Below the pieces are notes generated by a model. The model had not been told where the DNA came from and searched no databases. It was given only the letters and a program-made list of their open reading frames with translations. Shown piece after piece: positions 54,889-64,000 of a stretch of DNA of 64,000 nt. The position numbers and the translations under genes were made by a program. Within the stretch, counting starts at the first letter, position 1; each line of letters starts with the position of its first letter. This DNA is from a virus (lineage: Duplodnaviria; Caudoviricetes), in the IMG/VR virus record IMGVR_UViG_3300033233_001970. One strand, given 5' to 3'.

Positions 54889-55263
54889 ATGTGCGTTGTA
54901 TCCATGGTGTTTGATCACTACGACCCGCTCATTCCGCAGCCGCAGTGGCCACCGCCACAACCGAGACGGACAAGACCGTTCCATCCGCCGTCGCCGTTCG
55001 AGCCGTTTCCGATGGATCCAACGCCGACGTTCTCTCCGCTGACCAAAGAGCAACTCGATTCGATGATGAAGATCATCGAGCAGTTCAAGAAAGCAGTCGA
55101 AGCCGCCAAGACCGTCGACAAACTCACGGGGCAACCTGACTGCGCCGATCCCGAGAAGGAAAAACTTCTCGCGCGTGTTGCGGAGCTCGAGAAGCAGATC
55201 ACGAAGATGAAGAAGCCGCGAAAGGCGAAGAAACGTGCGCGCGGAAAGAAACGCGCACGATGA
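54889..55263 (+). CDS. conserved phage hypothetical protein
   Basis: MCVVSMV..AAK..D..TGQPDC..EK. Confidence 0.7.
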   Translation: MCVVSMVFDHYDPLIPQPQWPPPQPRRTRPFHPPSPFEPFPMDPTPTFSPLTKEQLDSMMKIIEQFKKAVEAAKTVDKLTGQPDCADPEKEKLLARVAELEKQITKMKKPRKAKKRARGKKRAR

Positions 55264-55722
55264 TCGTGGGTGAGCAGGAGCTCGCGGCCGTCGAGCACCT
55301 CGCGTACGTCAGGGCTCTTCAGGAAGCGATTAGGATTTGCGAATCGCAAGTCATTCCCGAAGAGCTCACGAAGGATGACGAATACCGACGTGGTCAGCGT
55401 CGCGGATCACACGACTGCGTAAGTGTGCTTGAGCGACACCTACGGTTTCATCTGGATCAATCATGACCGTTCATAAAGGTATCTCCGCTGGTTCCGAACT
55501 GCGAATAGCCCCGTGCGACGGATGCGGGAAAGAAGCGCCGTGTTACGTACGGGTAGGCACGGCTGGTAAAGGCGATCCGCAGAAAACGACTTGGTTTTTG
55601 CAGCCTCCCGGATGGTGGTCAGGCAACTACTACGTCAAATCGGGTGTTCACAAAGGCGTCATGATCATTCTTTCACGATGCCCCGACTGCATCGACGAGG
55701 CCGCGAAAGGAGGCGAGACGTC

Positions 55723-56163
55723 GTGATCGAATTCGTTCAAGGCGATATTTTCAAGTCCGGCGCCGATGCGCTCGTCGATCCTGTCAACTGCGTCGGCACG
55801 ATGGGGAAGGGATTGGCGCTCGAGTTCAAGAAGCGATTCCCGACGCCGTCCAAGATTTACATCGAAGCGTGCAAACGTGGAGAGGTTCGTCTTGGCACGA
55901 TGCACGTTGTCGACGGCTACGAAAAGCCGATCATCATTAGTTTTCCGACCAAGCAGCACTGGCGCGATAGTTCGAGGCTTCAGTCCATTGTTTCTGGCCT
56001 CGACGATCTTCGGCTGGTTATCCAAGAGAAACAAATCAAGTCGGTGGCGGTGCCGGCGCTCGGATGCGGAAACGGCGGCCTTCGATGGGCTGACGTGAAG
56101 CCTGAAATTCAGAGCGCGCTTCACGGAATCGACGCGCGCGTACTGGTGTACGGGGGAAAATGA
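55723..56163 (+). CDS. macrodomain protein (DarG/TARG1-like)
   Basis: GDIF..ADALVDPVNCVGTMGKGLALEFKKRFP, FPTKQHWR, VPALGCGNGGLRW. Confidence 0.92.
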   Translation: MIEFVQGDIFKSGADALVDPVNCVGTMGKGLALEFKKRFPTPSKIYIEACKRGEVRLGTMHVVDGYEKPIIISFPTKQHWRDSSRLQSIVSGLDDLRLVIQEKQIKSVAVPALGCGNGGLRWADVKPEIQSALHGIDARVLVYGGK

Positions 56164-56907
56164 AAAAGCTCTACACAGTAACGTTCGAAACGGAAATCGT
56201 CGTGGTTGCTGAAGATGATGATGTACGAAGGAATCGACGGTCTCGAGCCGAGCCATGTGAGACCAATGAGCTATCTGCCTTCGGATTGGGATCTGGACGC
56301 CATTCCGTTCGGAAACCGAGAGAAGTCTGATCCAGACAGGTCCGTAGGAAAATGGATCGAGCTCGGCGCGGCACCTGAATACAAAACCAAGGTTGCCAAA
56401 TGACGTGCTTGAAGTGCCATGGATTCGGCATCTTACCCAACCGCATGTGGGCCGTGAATAACGGTGACGATCCCGACGATTTCCCGATGTGCGCATGCGG
56501 AAAACCGAGTCGGCTAGAAAGCGGAGACTGCGGTGAAGGTCACGGCGCTGTTTACTGCGACTGCGAAATCGGTCGACGGAGAAAAACATGAGTCGTGTCC
56601 GTAACGAAAAATTGTATTTCGCGTGGCATCATGTCTTGGACAAAAGGTACGAGCGACTCCGGAAGATGTTTTGGTATGGGATCGCCGAGCTCGTCGCAGC
56701 GGCGGCAGCCATTGTCGCTTGGCCTTTGATGATGTTTCTGAGACCAAGCGCCTATTGGTCTATCCTGATTGTGGTTGCCTTTGTGATCATGTTTCAGTTC
56801 AAGCGTACGACGAGCAAATGGTACGACGAAGAGGTTCGTAAATTTCGTCTTGTGGCCCGTCACTGCAATTCGCTACACGAAAAACTCACGGGTCGACGGA
56901 GATCGCA

Positions 56908-57990
56908 ATGAGGGTACCGGATGCGATCACCTCGAAGATCGAATCCGAGGTGCGGCCCGTTGTTGAGAAATTCTCCAAGCTGAAGTCTGCGCTCGAGACG
57001 TACGAAGCGGAATTCAGGCAAGCCGCAGAACAAAACGTCAACAACGCGATTCTCGTGGCGCTCGGACAAGTGCCGGCGCCAAATGGGATCGATCGTCTCG
57101 CGGATGTACGAAAAAATCTTTGTGAGGTGTTGAGGGAAGTAGCGACGATCGTCGATCCGCTTCCGATCACAACGTCGACGCCGGAACCGAAACGTGTTCC
57201 GCCACCGAAGGTCGTACGCAAGGCGCAGCCCGAGGACATCGAATCCGCCAAACGTCTTCTCGTTGAGATTGAGGAGCTCCGAACGGGAGTCAAGGATCAG
57301 CACCACGCGCGCCTCTCACCGCTCCTCCAGGCCGTCGTGGCGGAAGTGCGTGGCCTTCTCGATCGGCTTCCCGAAGATCATTTCTACAGCGATCGTCTCT
57401 CGAAGAGCATCCCTGTTCTCGGCTCACTCAAAAACGAAGGCGGCGTAAAAGAGTTCATCAAAGGTCTCGCGTTTCATTCGGAGGGCGATTGGTCACGAAT
57501 CGCTCACACGAACCGGCGCAAGGTGGCAGCGTTCGACAAAGATACGGAGAAGAACGTTGTCGACGTTCGACAGATTCAAAAGGCGAAAGCGGCGGAGCCC
57601 AAAAAGCCGAAGGAAGAAGTCGCTGCGTCGAATTACGACTGGCCCGAGTTCCCAAACTTGAGAGAGCTCACGAAGCCGGTTCTTCTTGCGGGCGGAATGG
57701 TGATTCCTGAAAAGTTCGACTCCATCTACGAACGTACCGGCATCAACGTCGAATGGCATGAGATCGATCACAATAACCCACGCGCGGTCGACACATTGCT
57801 TACCAGAATCAAAGGCGGCAAGGTGGGAGCCATCATCTGCATCGAAGGCTTCATGAAGCACGGCACGTTCAAACCGCTCGTCAACACCTGCGTACTCGCG
57901 AGCGTACCGATGGCGATGGGTGGCAAGGGCGGGATCGCGGCGATCACGACGGCGCTCGAGGAGCTCGAGAAGAAACTGGGAAAGACGTGA
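56908..57990 (+). CDS. hypothetical protein with DUF2325-like C-terminal domain
   Basis: VLLAGG..VEW..IKGG..GFMKH. Confidence 0.6.
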   Translation: MRVPDAITSKIESEVRPVVEKFSKLKSALETYEAEFRQAAEQNVNNAILVALGQVPAPNGIDRLADVRKNLCEVLREVATIVDPLPITTSTPEPKRVPPPKVVRKAQPEDIESAKRLLVEIEELRTGVKDQHHARLSPLLQAVVAEVRGLLDRLPEDHFYSDRLSKSIPVLGSLKNEGGVKEFIKGLAFHSEGDWSRIAHTNRRKVAAFDKDTEKNVVDVRQIQKAKAAEPKKPKEEVAASNYDWPEFPNLRELTKPVLLAGGMVIPEKFDSIYERTGINVEWHEIDHNNPRAVDTLLTRIKGGKVGAIICIEGFMKHGTFKPLVNTCVLASVPMAMGGKGGIAAITTALEELEKKLGKT

Positions 57991-58258
57991 ACTTTATCGA
58001 ACACATCGTAAAATTGGTCAGTATTCTGCAAGATACGAAAGACGCGCGCGTCGACGACGTCGACACCTGGGAACGATTGCCAGAAGACACGAACGAAGTC
58101 TGTTGGCGAACGGATTGGGGTTGGAGCAAAAAAGATCCGCATTGCGGAAAGAAAGCCGTCTGGATCAAACGAGGCACATGCGGCTGCGGAGCGTGCGACA
58201 TGACGATCCAGCACTGCGAAGAACACCAAGACGCGTACCTCGCAGAAAAGAGTGAAGT

Positions 58259-59071
58259 GTGGAGCCGGTGAAGCTCGACGGTGGCTACGCCCTTCTCGCT
58301 GACGCGAGCGAGCCGGCGACGCGTGCTCGAGTGCGGGAGATAACGGGATGCGTGCCGCTAATCCTGACCGATCCGCCGTACGGTAAAATACTGTCCGCGA
58401 AATGGGATCACGTTATCGAGAAGGAAGAAGACTTCGTCGAATGGATGATCGACTGGACGCGGACGTGGAGCGACATGCTTTTGCCAGGAGGCATGTTCGC
58501 GGTCTGGGGCGGAATAGGCACTCCAGGATTTAGACCTTTTTTCCGATATATCCCAGAAGTTGAGAGGCGGTCCGAATTGAAACTGTCCAACCTCATTACC
58601 TGGTCCAAAAAAAGAGCGTACGGCACCGCTACAAATTTTCTGTTTACTCGCGAGGAGCTAGCCCTGTTCACGCTCGGCGACGTAAAACGCCCGCGATGTT
58701 TCAATATTCCACTTTTGGAAACCAAGCGGCCGTATCCAGGTTTCAACGCTGACTATCCAGCAAAGAGCGAGTATTACAGACGAACCAACGTCTGGACCGA
58801 TATAACCGAACTTTTACGCGGCAAAGTTCATCCGGCGCAAAAAGCTCAACGCGTTATGGAAATACCTATTGAGGTATACACTCAATCTGGTGAGTGGGTG
58901 GTCGACATGTTCGTTGGATCTGGCACGACAGCTTTGGCGGCCCGCAAGCTCGGACGACGTTTCTTCGTTATCGAAAAAGATGAGAAGACGTTCGAAGAAA
59001 TGGTCGAGCGTCTTCGATCGGGAACCACGACCGAAACCGGAGCCGTTCAAGACGGATGGGACGAGCTATGA
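58259..59071 (+). CDS. N6-adenine/N4-cytosine DNA methyltransferase (beta class)
   Basis: DPPY, ITWSK, TNVW..HPAQK, DMFVGSGTT, IEKD. Confidence 0.92.
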   Translation: MEPVKLDGGYALLADASEPATRARVREITGCVPLILTDPPYGKILSAKWDHVIEKEEDFVEWMIDWTRTWSDMLLPGGMFAVWGGIGTPGFRPFFRYIPEVERRSELKLSNLITWSKKRAYGTATNFLFTREELALFTLGDVKRPRCFNIPLLETKRPYPGFNADYPAKSEYYRRTNVWTDITELLRGKVHPAQKAQRVMEIPIEVYTQSGEWVVDMFVGSGTTALAARKLGRRFFVIEKDEKTFEEMVERLRSGTTTETGAVQDGWDEL

Positions 59072-59249
59072 AAAAACCTGCGTCACGCGTCGTAAAAGCC
59101 GAGCGCGCCGTACTGCGCGAAGCGATACGCTGGAACAACTGGATTGACGATTGCGTCGGGTGGGGAGACTACCTTCGACGCATTCGCGCCCTACGCACGG
59201 CCGTGAAAGAACTGGTCAAGGCTCGTCGTCGAGAAGAAGGAAAACTGCA

Positions 59250-59981
59250 ATGAGCAAACCGAAAATACTCCAGCTCCGCCGGCACCACGACGACGAATAC
59301 TGGGATGGCGTCACCATCACAGCTCTTGGCGCCTGTCTCGACATCAGCCTTGTTCCTCGCTTTAAAACGAGCGGCATGTCCGGAGACGAATGGCGCGTTC
59401 ACGCGAGGTTCGCACTCAGCGATCGAAGCGGCATCTTCTTCGGGCGAGATTTTCAAAGCGTCAACGGCGCGCTGAAGTATAGCCCCTACTTCGTCTGGAC
59501 CGAAGGCAGAGGGTTGCTCAAATGTCCAGACGCGGTTCTCACCGTTCTTCGCAAGGATCACGTCTTGTGGTCGGGGAAATTTCCTACCTTCGCGGACGCG
59601 GCTATTGGGATGGCGTGGCACCTCGTCATCGCGGGCGAAGAATCGAAAGATTGGAAGCATCTTACGGATCGACAGGAGCGCGAGCTCTGCGCCCAACCCG
59701 GATGCGCAGAGGCCCCCGTTTGTCTCTACCGGCTCAAGATGCTTCAAGAAGGCAAGAGTTACGACACGCTGATGCCGCCGAAATACGATTTTCAGGCGAA
59801 TCACATTTGGTTCTGCAAACGACACGCGCATCGCGGCAATTGCGGACTCGAGGACGCGGACGAGAACTACGAAGTGATCGAAGGCGCCCCGTCGGAAGAA
59901 GCAGACGTTCAATCGAGAGACGTCCGCGAATCGGCGTTCGGAGGTGTTATCGATCTGTCCGGATCGGAGAACGAAAAATGA
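59250..59981 (+). CDS. hypothetical protein
   Basis: PRFKTSGMSGDEWR; CAQPGC..FCKRH..RGNCGLED. Confidence 0.7.
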   Translation: MSKPKILQLRRHHDDEYWDGVTITALGACLDISLVPRFKTSGMSGDEWRVHARFALSDRSGIFFGRDFQSVNGALKYSPYFVWTEGRGLLKCPDAVLTVLRKDHVLWSGKFPTFADAAIGMAWHLVIAGEESKDWKHLTDRQERELCAQPGCAEAPVCLYRLKMLQEGKSYDTLMPPKYDFQANHIWFCKRHAHRGNCGLEDADENYEVIEGAPSEEADVQSRDVRESAFGGVIDLSGSENEK

Positions 59982-60369
59982 TTGGTTCGCTCTACACGAA
60001 GTTCGCGAACAAGATGCGAGCGGAAGCCAAGAAGTCTTCGTGGGAGAAACCCGTTTTTGACATCTGCGGGAAATGGAAATTCGGGCTCAGCTACGATACG
60101 CGGGAACACATCAACAGCGTTGGAGGGATGGAGTCCGCCCTGTTGGCGCTCAACACCATCAGCATGAACGCGGATTCGTCACGTTTCCCTACGGAACCAC
60201 CGGATTGTGGATACTGAGCGCGCGCATCCAGACACCGGGTTCGACGGGCGAGGATTGGAAGCAACTCGGCAACATCACGGCTGCCATGGGCGCGCCCGCG
60301 CGGCCCGTTACACCGATCGAGACGACGCCGCCTGACGCGATTCATTACTGGGTCTGGACAGAACCATGA
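59978..60369 (+). pseudogene. frameshifted hypothetical gene
   Basis: MIGSLYTK.. appears to continue in another frame as GLWILSARI..HYWVW near 60190. Confidence 0.45.
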
Positions 60370-60984
60370 GCCATCGAACGATTCCTGACGACGATCTCGC
60401 GAAGATGCGTGTCGAGATCGATGAATTCGCCAATCGGTTCGAGCTCACAAATGACGAGAAGGACACGGCCCGAGTTGTCATCGCCGCGCTCTTTGTGGGT
60501 ACCGACACGGATCTCGTCGCGAAAGTGACAGGGCTAAACCGAGACAAATTCGTTCGGCCGAAGGCGAAGAAGTTACGCGAAAACGGTATATGGGTTGGGA
60601 ATCAAGTGTGTATGGAGTCGAATCCGGAGGACGAATCCGATGAAAACTTCATGACGGAAATACTTCTCCATGTTCTCGTGGCCAACGGATTGGTAGAGCG
60701 CGAACCGGCGAAATTGGTGGAGTCATGAGATATCGTATCATTTTCCTCGACGGCGACCGCGAAACAGGCGGTTGGCACGATTGCCCAGAATTATGCGTTT
60801 GGAAAAACGAGCGTGCGGTGCCTTGCGTCGGAGATCAGGTCTTCGTTGGAAATAAAGAAGATTCGAGACCGCAATGGCGCTACGTGAAGGAGGTCGCGTG
60901 GAGCCTTCCGGAGAAGGGTAGAAGACTGATTCAGGTTGTGGTGACGATCAAGAGATGGCCGCCGCTGCTGGATTTGAAGGGATC

Positions 60985-61644
60985 ATGATCAACGAAACAC
61001 GAACGAAGCTCGCCGAATTTTGGCGCGACCTTGTTTGTCGGCTCGACGGAAACGACGCCGAGGCCGAATTCGTGTACTGGGAAATTCTCGCCAAATATTA
61101 CACAGAGCCGCACCGTCACTACCACACGCTCGAGCACATCCTAAAGTGCTCGAAAACGCTTCACGAGCTCGTGGCTCCGTACACGATTCAGCGGCCTGAA
61201 GATCTCATGCAGATTGCGCTGTTTTTCCACGACGTCATTTACGATCCGAAACGCAAAGACAATGAAGAGAGGAGTTCGGATGTCTGCGTCGGCGCGTGCG
61301 CGCTCGTCGGGATCGATCGTACGATCGCGGGTCAGGCTGCGCGCATCATCCTCGCCACAAAGCACACGGGCATCGTCCCGGAAGACGATCGTCTCACGCA
61401 GTGGGTTTTGGATGTCGACTTGTCGTCGCTCGGAGCTCCGCCAGAGGAATTCGACCAAGACAGCGCCAACATCCGCAAAGAATACAATTTCGTACCCGAC
61501 GACGATTACAGAAAGGGGCGCGTGAAGATCCTTCAGAGTTTTCTCGATCGTCCTCGAATCTACTTTACGGACGCGTGTCACGATCGGTTCGAAGAGCAGG
61601 CGCGCGCGAATCTCGAGCGAGCGATCCGAGAGCTCTCGACGTGA
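60985..61644 (+). CDS. HD-superfamily metal-dependent phosphohydrolase
   Basis: YTEPHRHYHTLEHI, FHDVIYDP, DNEERS, ATKH, DVDLS, IRKEY. Confidence 0.88.
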   Translation: MINETRTKLAEFWRDLVCRLDGNDAEAEFVYWEILAKYYTEPHRHYHTLEHILKCSKTLHELVAPYTIQRPEDLMQIALFFHDVIYDPKRKDNEERSSDVCVGACALVGIDRTIAGQAARIILATKHTGIVPEDDRLTQWVLDVDLSSLGAPPEEFDQDSANIRKEYNFVPDDDYRKGRVKILQSFLDRPRIYFTDACHDRFEEQARANLERAIRELST

Positions 61645-62294
61645 GAATTCCGAAGCAAGCCGAGCGCATCGGTCGGCTCGTGATTCTGGGCGATGCCGGA
61701 GTCGACGGCTTCGGCCGAAAATTGGTTCGAGTCAAATGCGAATGCAAAACGATCAAGGTTCTCGTAGAGCGCAGTCTTCGTCACAACAAGACGCAGTCAT
61801 GTGGGTGCCTTCAAGTCGAGAGTGTGAAGAAACGTAATACGAAGCACGGTCACGCGGCAAACGATAGCGCTACACCCGAATACGAAGCGTGGCGGACGAT
61901 GATGCACCGCTGCTACGTGAAAACAACGGATAGCTATCCGTACTACGGTGGCAAAGGAATTGGCGTTTGCAAGAAATGGCGAGAGAACTTTGTGGCATTT
62001 CTCGCCGATCTCGGAAACAGACCTTCTGACGATCACGTGCTTTGCCTGCTGGATAAGGACAAAGATTTCAAACCAGGAAACGTAAGATGGCTAACGCTCT
62101 CGGAAGCCAATCGAAAGAAACGAAGCAACACGTTTTACACCGTCAACGGTGTCACCAAGTGTTTCGTGGACTGGGCGACAGAATACGGAATCCCAAAGAA
62201 CACGCTGCATTACCGTGTCGTCACGAAGGGGATGCCGATGCGTGACGCGCTCGATATCGGTAGAGGACGACAGGGAAAGGTGTTGCCAGAATGA
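61641..62294 (+). CDS. HNH-endonuclease-like protein with degenerate active site
   Basis: CECK..SCGC..KHG..EYEAW..RC..YGGKGI..FLADLGNRP..PGNVRW; HVLCLLD replaces the usual DRID. Confidence 0.75.
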   Translation: MRIPKQAERIGRLVILGDAGVDGFGRKLVRVKCECKTIKVLVERSLRHNKTQSCGCLQVESVKKRNTKHGHAANDSATPEYEAWRTMMHRCYVKTTDSYPYYGGKGIGVCKKWRENFVAFLADLGNRPSDDHVLCLLDKDKDFKPGNVRWLTLSEANRKKRSNTFYTVNGVTKCFVDWATEYGIPKNTLHYRVVTKGMPMRDALDIGRGRQGKVLPE

Positions 62295-62472
62295 GTAATT
62301 TTCGCGCAGTCTGCGATAGTTGTGCTTCGCTCGTCGCTCGTCAGGTTTTTGTTACGATGGCGATAATGGATACGGAGTGCGAATCATGCGGCGCGACGAT
62401 TCGTAGCGGCGACGCAAATGCAGCAGATCCGGAACAATGGAAAGAGATTCTCGTTGCCAGAAAGCGATCGTC

Positions 62473-62973
62473 ATGACCGAAGGCGTTTTCCGCCCATTTC
62501 CGACGAGTCAGTCCGAGATCGAAGAGCTTCGTCAACTGGAGCTCGACGCGTCCAAAGCGCCGTGGGTGACCGACCCGCCGCCAGGAAGCTCAGAGTTCCG
62601 GCGTCGCATTGACCGTCTCTACCAGGGCGGCAGCGAGATCGTGGCGGCGGGGGCCGCGCACAACGACGCGAATCTGATTGTTCTTGTGCGAAACATGCTC
62701 CCTCGACTTTTGGCGACGCTGGACCAGCACCGGTACATTCTCGAGCGACTCAGGGACGGCGTCGGCCTCAAATGCGATGGTGAACGGTTCACATGGTTCC
62801 CGGATCCTGTCACGGGGGCACCTGTTCGGCGTTTTTCGGGATGCAACATCTATCGTAACGGAAATCCTGCGGATCCGGAGGAGAGATGCCTTTCGTGCGA
62901 GGCGGAAATGATCCTCGAACAGATGGACGCCTGGACGCCTGGACGGTTGACACTTGTAGTGCAAGCGAGATAG
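62473..62973 (+). CDS. Ead/Ea22-like phage protein
   Basis: ASKAPW..DANLIVLVRNMLPRLL. Confidence 0.55.
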   Translation: MTEGVFRPFPTSQSEIEELRQLELDASKAPWVTDPPPGSSEFRRRIDRLYQGGSEIVAAGAAHNDANLIVLVRNMLPRLLATLDQHRYILERLRDGVGLKCDGERFTWFPDPVTGAPVRRFSGCNIYRNGNPADPEERCLSCEAEMILEQMDAWTPGRLTLVVQAR

Positions 62974-63018
62974 AACCGTCGTCGCAGCGCGCGAGTGGGA
63001 TCGCGCGCAAGGGGAACC

Positions 63019-63312
63019 ATGACGGACGGGATGACGAACACGCAGGCCCTCATCGTCGAGGAGTGCGACATGCTCAAGTCACTCTTGCTCGAAAAGAACA
63101 AAAACTACGGTAATTCCGCAACTCAGCCTCTTAGGATTTTTTCAAAAGCCGATCCTGAAGAGCAGCTTCGTGTACGACTCGACGACAAGATTTCGCGCCT
63201 CTCGCGCGGCGCCGGAGTCACCGCTGCCGAGGACACCGAGCAGGACTTGCTTGGATACCTGATTCTGCTCCGCGTGATGCGTAAGCTGAAGCAACGAGGG
63301 CTCGAGCCGTGA
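63019..63312 (+). CDS. nucleotide-modification-associated (DUF1599/Nmad1-like) protein
   Basis: LLEKNKNYGNSA..RVRLDDKISRL..DLLGYLIL. Confidence 0.78.
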   Translation: MTDGMTNTQALIVEECDMLKSLLLEKNKNYGNSATQPLRIFSKADPEEQLRVRLDDKISRLSRGAGVTAAEDTEQDLLGYLILLRVMRKLKQRGLEP

Positions 63313-63848
63313 TGCGTCGTCTTGTCGAATGGGCCGCTTCGAAGCTCCAGAACCCGCGCATCATCTCTGACCGCAATGGCACGTCGCCGTACCTATCGCG
63401 GTTCTACATCATCGGCGCGCCGAAGATGCCGGACGGCTCTTCGCCATTTGAAGTCGGCGGCGCCCCGAAACCGGACGCCGTATGGCCGAATAAAGAGCTC
63501 GGTGTGTACCTGCACCACTTCCATCGTGGCGACGACGAGCGCGAGCTACATAACCATCCTTGGCGTTGGGCATTTTCGATCATTCTCGCGGGCGGGTACA
63601 TCGAAGAGCGGCGCGGCAAAGACAATGTCGTGCGTTCACGCATTGTGCGTCCAGGAACGATCAACATCATCCGATCGACGGATTTCCACCGTGTTGATCT
63701 TCTGGATGGTGATGCCTGGTCGCTTTTTGTGGCGGGACCGAAGTTCAAAGGGTGGGGTTTCTGGAATCGAGATACAAACGTATTTCTGCCGTGGCGCCAG
63801 TTCATCAACGAGCTGCGCGGGCCGACGGTATTTGCGAGGGTGTCGTGA
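63312..63848 (+). CDS. cupin-fold phage protein
   Basis: LHHFHRGD..LHNHPW..SIILAGGYIE..FHRV..WGFW. Confidence 0.75.
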   Translation: MRRLVEWAASKLQNPRIISDRNGTSPYLSRFYIIGAPKMPDGSSPFEVGGAPKPDAVWPNKELGVYLHHFHRGDDERELHNHPWRWAFSIILAGGYIEERRGKDNVVRSRIVRPGTINIIRSTDFHRVDLLDGDAWSLFVAGPKFKGWGFWNRDTNVFLPWRQFINELRGPTVFARVS

Positions 63849-64000
63849 CGCACAACGATAGTTCCGTTCTGAGCAGTTTCTTGGAAATCGAAGGTCTCCG
63901 TGCCGAGCTCGAGACCGAGCGGCTCCGAACAGAGAAGATGAAGAACGCGCTTCTTCCCTTCACGAAATTCATCATTCATCAGGAGGCTAAGCCGACGGCC

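Larger units (their letters stand above)
5298..64000 (+). mobile_element. accessory region of a large phage or prophage
   Basis: About 59 kb of co-oriented, coupled small ORFs with phage-type families; no housekeeping genes. Confidence 0.8.

Overview
Most of this window (about 5300-64000) is a dense, almost entirely + strand run of short, often overlapping (ATGA/GTGA) ORFs, many with Cys/Zn-ribbon motifs. I saw no capsid, terminase, polymerase or integrase gene. It reads as the accessory/early region of a large phage or prophage, probably of a myxobacterium (Polyangiaceae-like), and it carries many frameshifts and nonsense lesions. Recognisable genes include a degenerate RadC/JAB, a CX5R phosphatase, HNH endonucleases, a ParB-like protein, an ADP-ribosylglycohydrolase, a DarG-like macrodomain, a DNA methyltransferase, an HD hydrolase and a histone-like AT-hook protein. 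The left 5 kb is different: a SWIM-DDE transposase, XRE regulators and myxobacterial-type lipoproteins. The standout is a 1.4 kb cassette at 37043-38415. It has a stand-alone RAMP (Cas7/Csm3-like) gene and a second small ORF, interleaved with four non-coding arrays of phased GGC-NN pentamers (50 units, variable NN). Each array is closed by the same GGACTCTT..AAGRG hairpin. This is a candidate non-CRISPR RNA-guided system in which the NN dinucleotides carry the targeting information. A second notable element is a structured, T-loop-containing RNA at 16210-16318, behind a conserved phage promoter. All family calls come from motif recognition by eye; no database searches were run.
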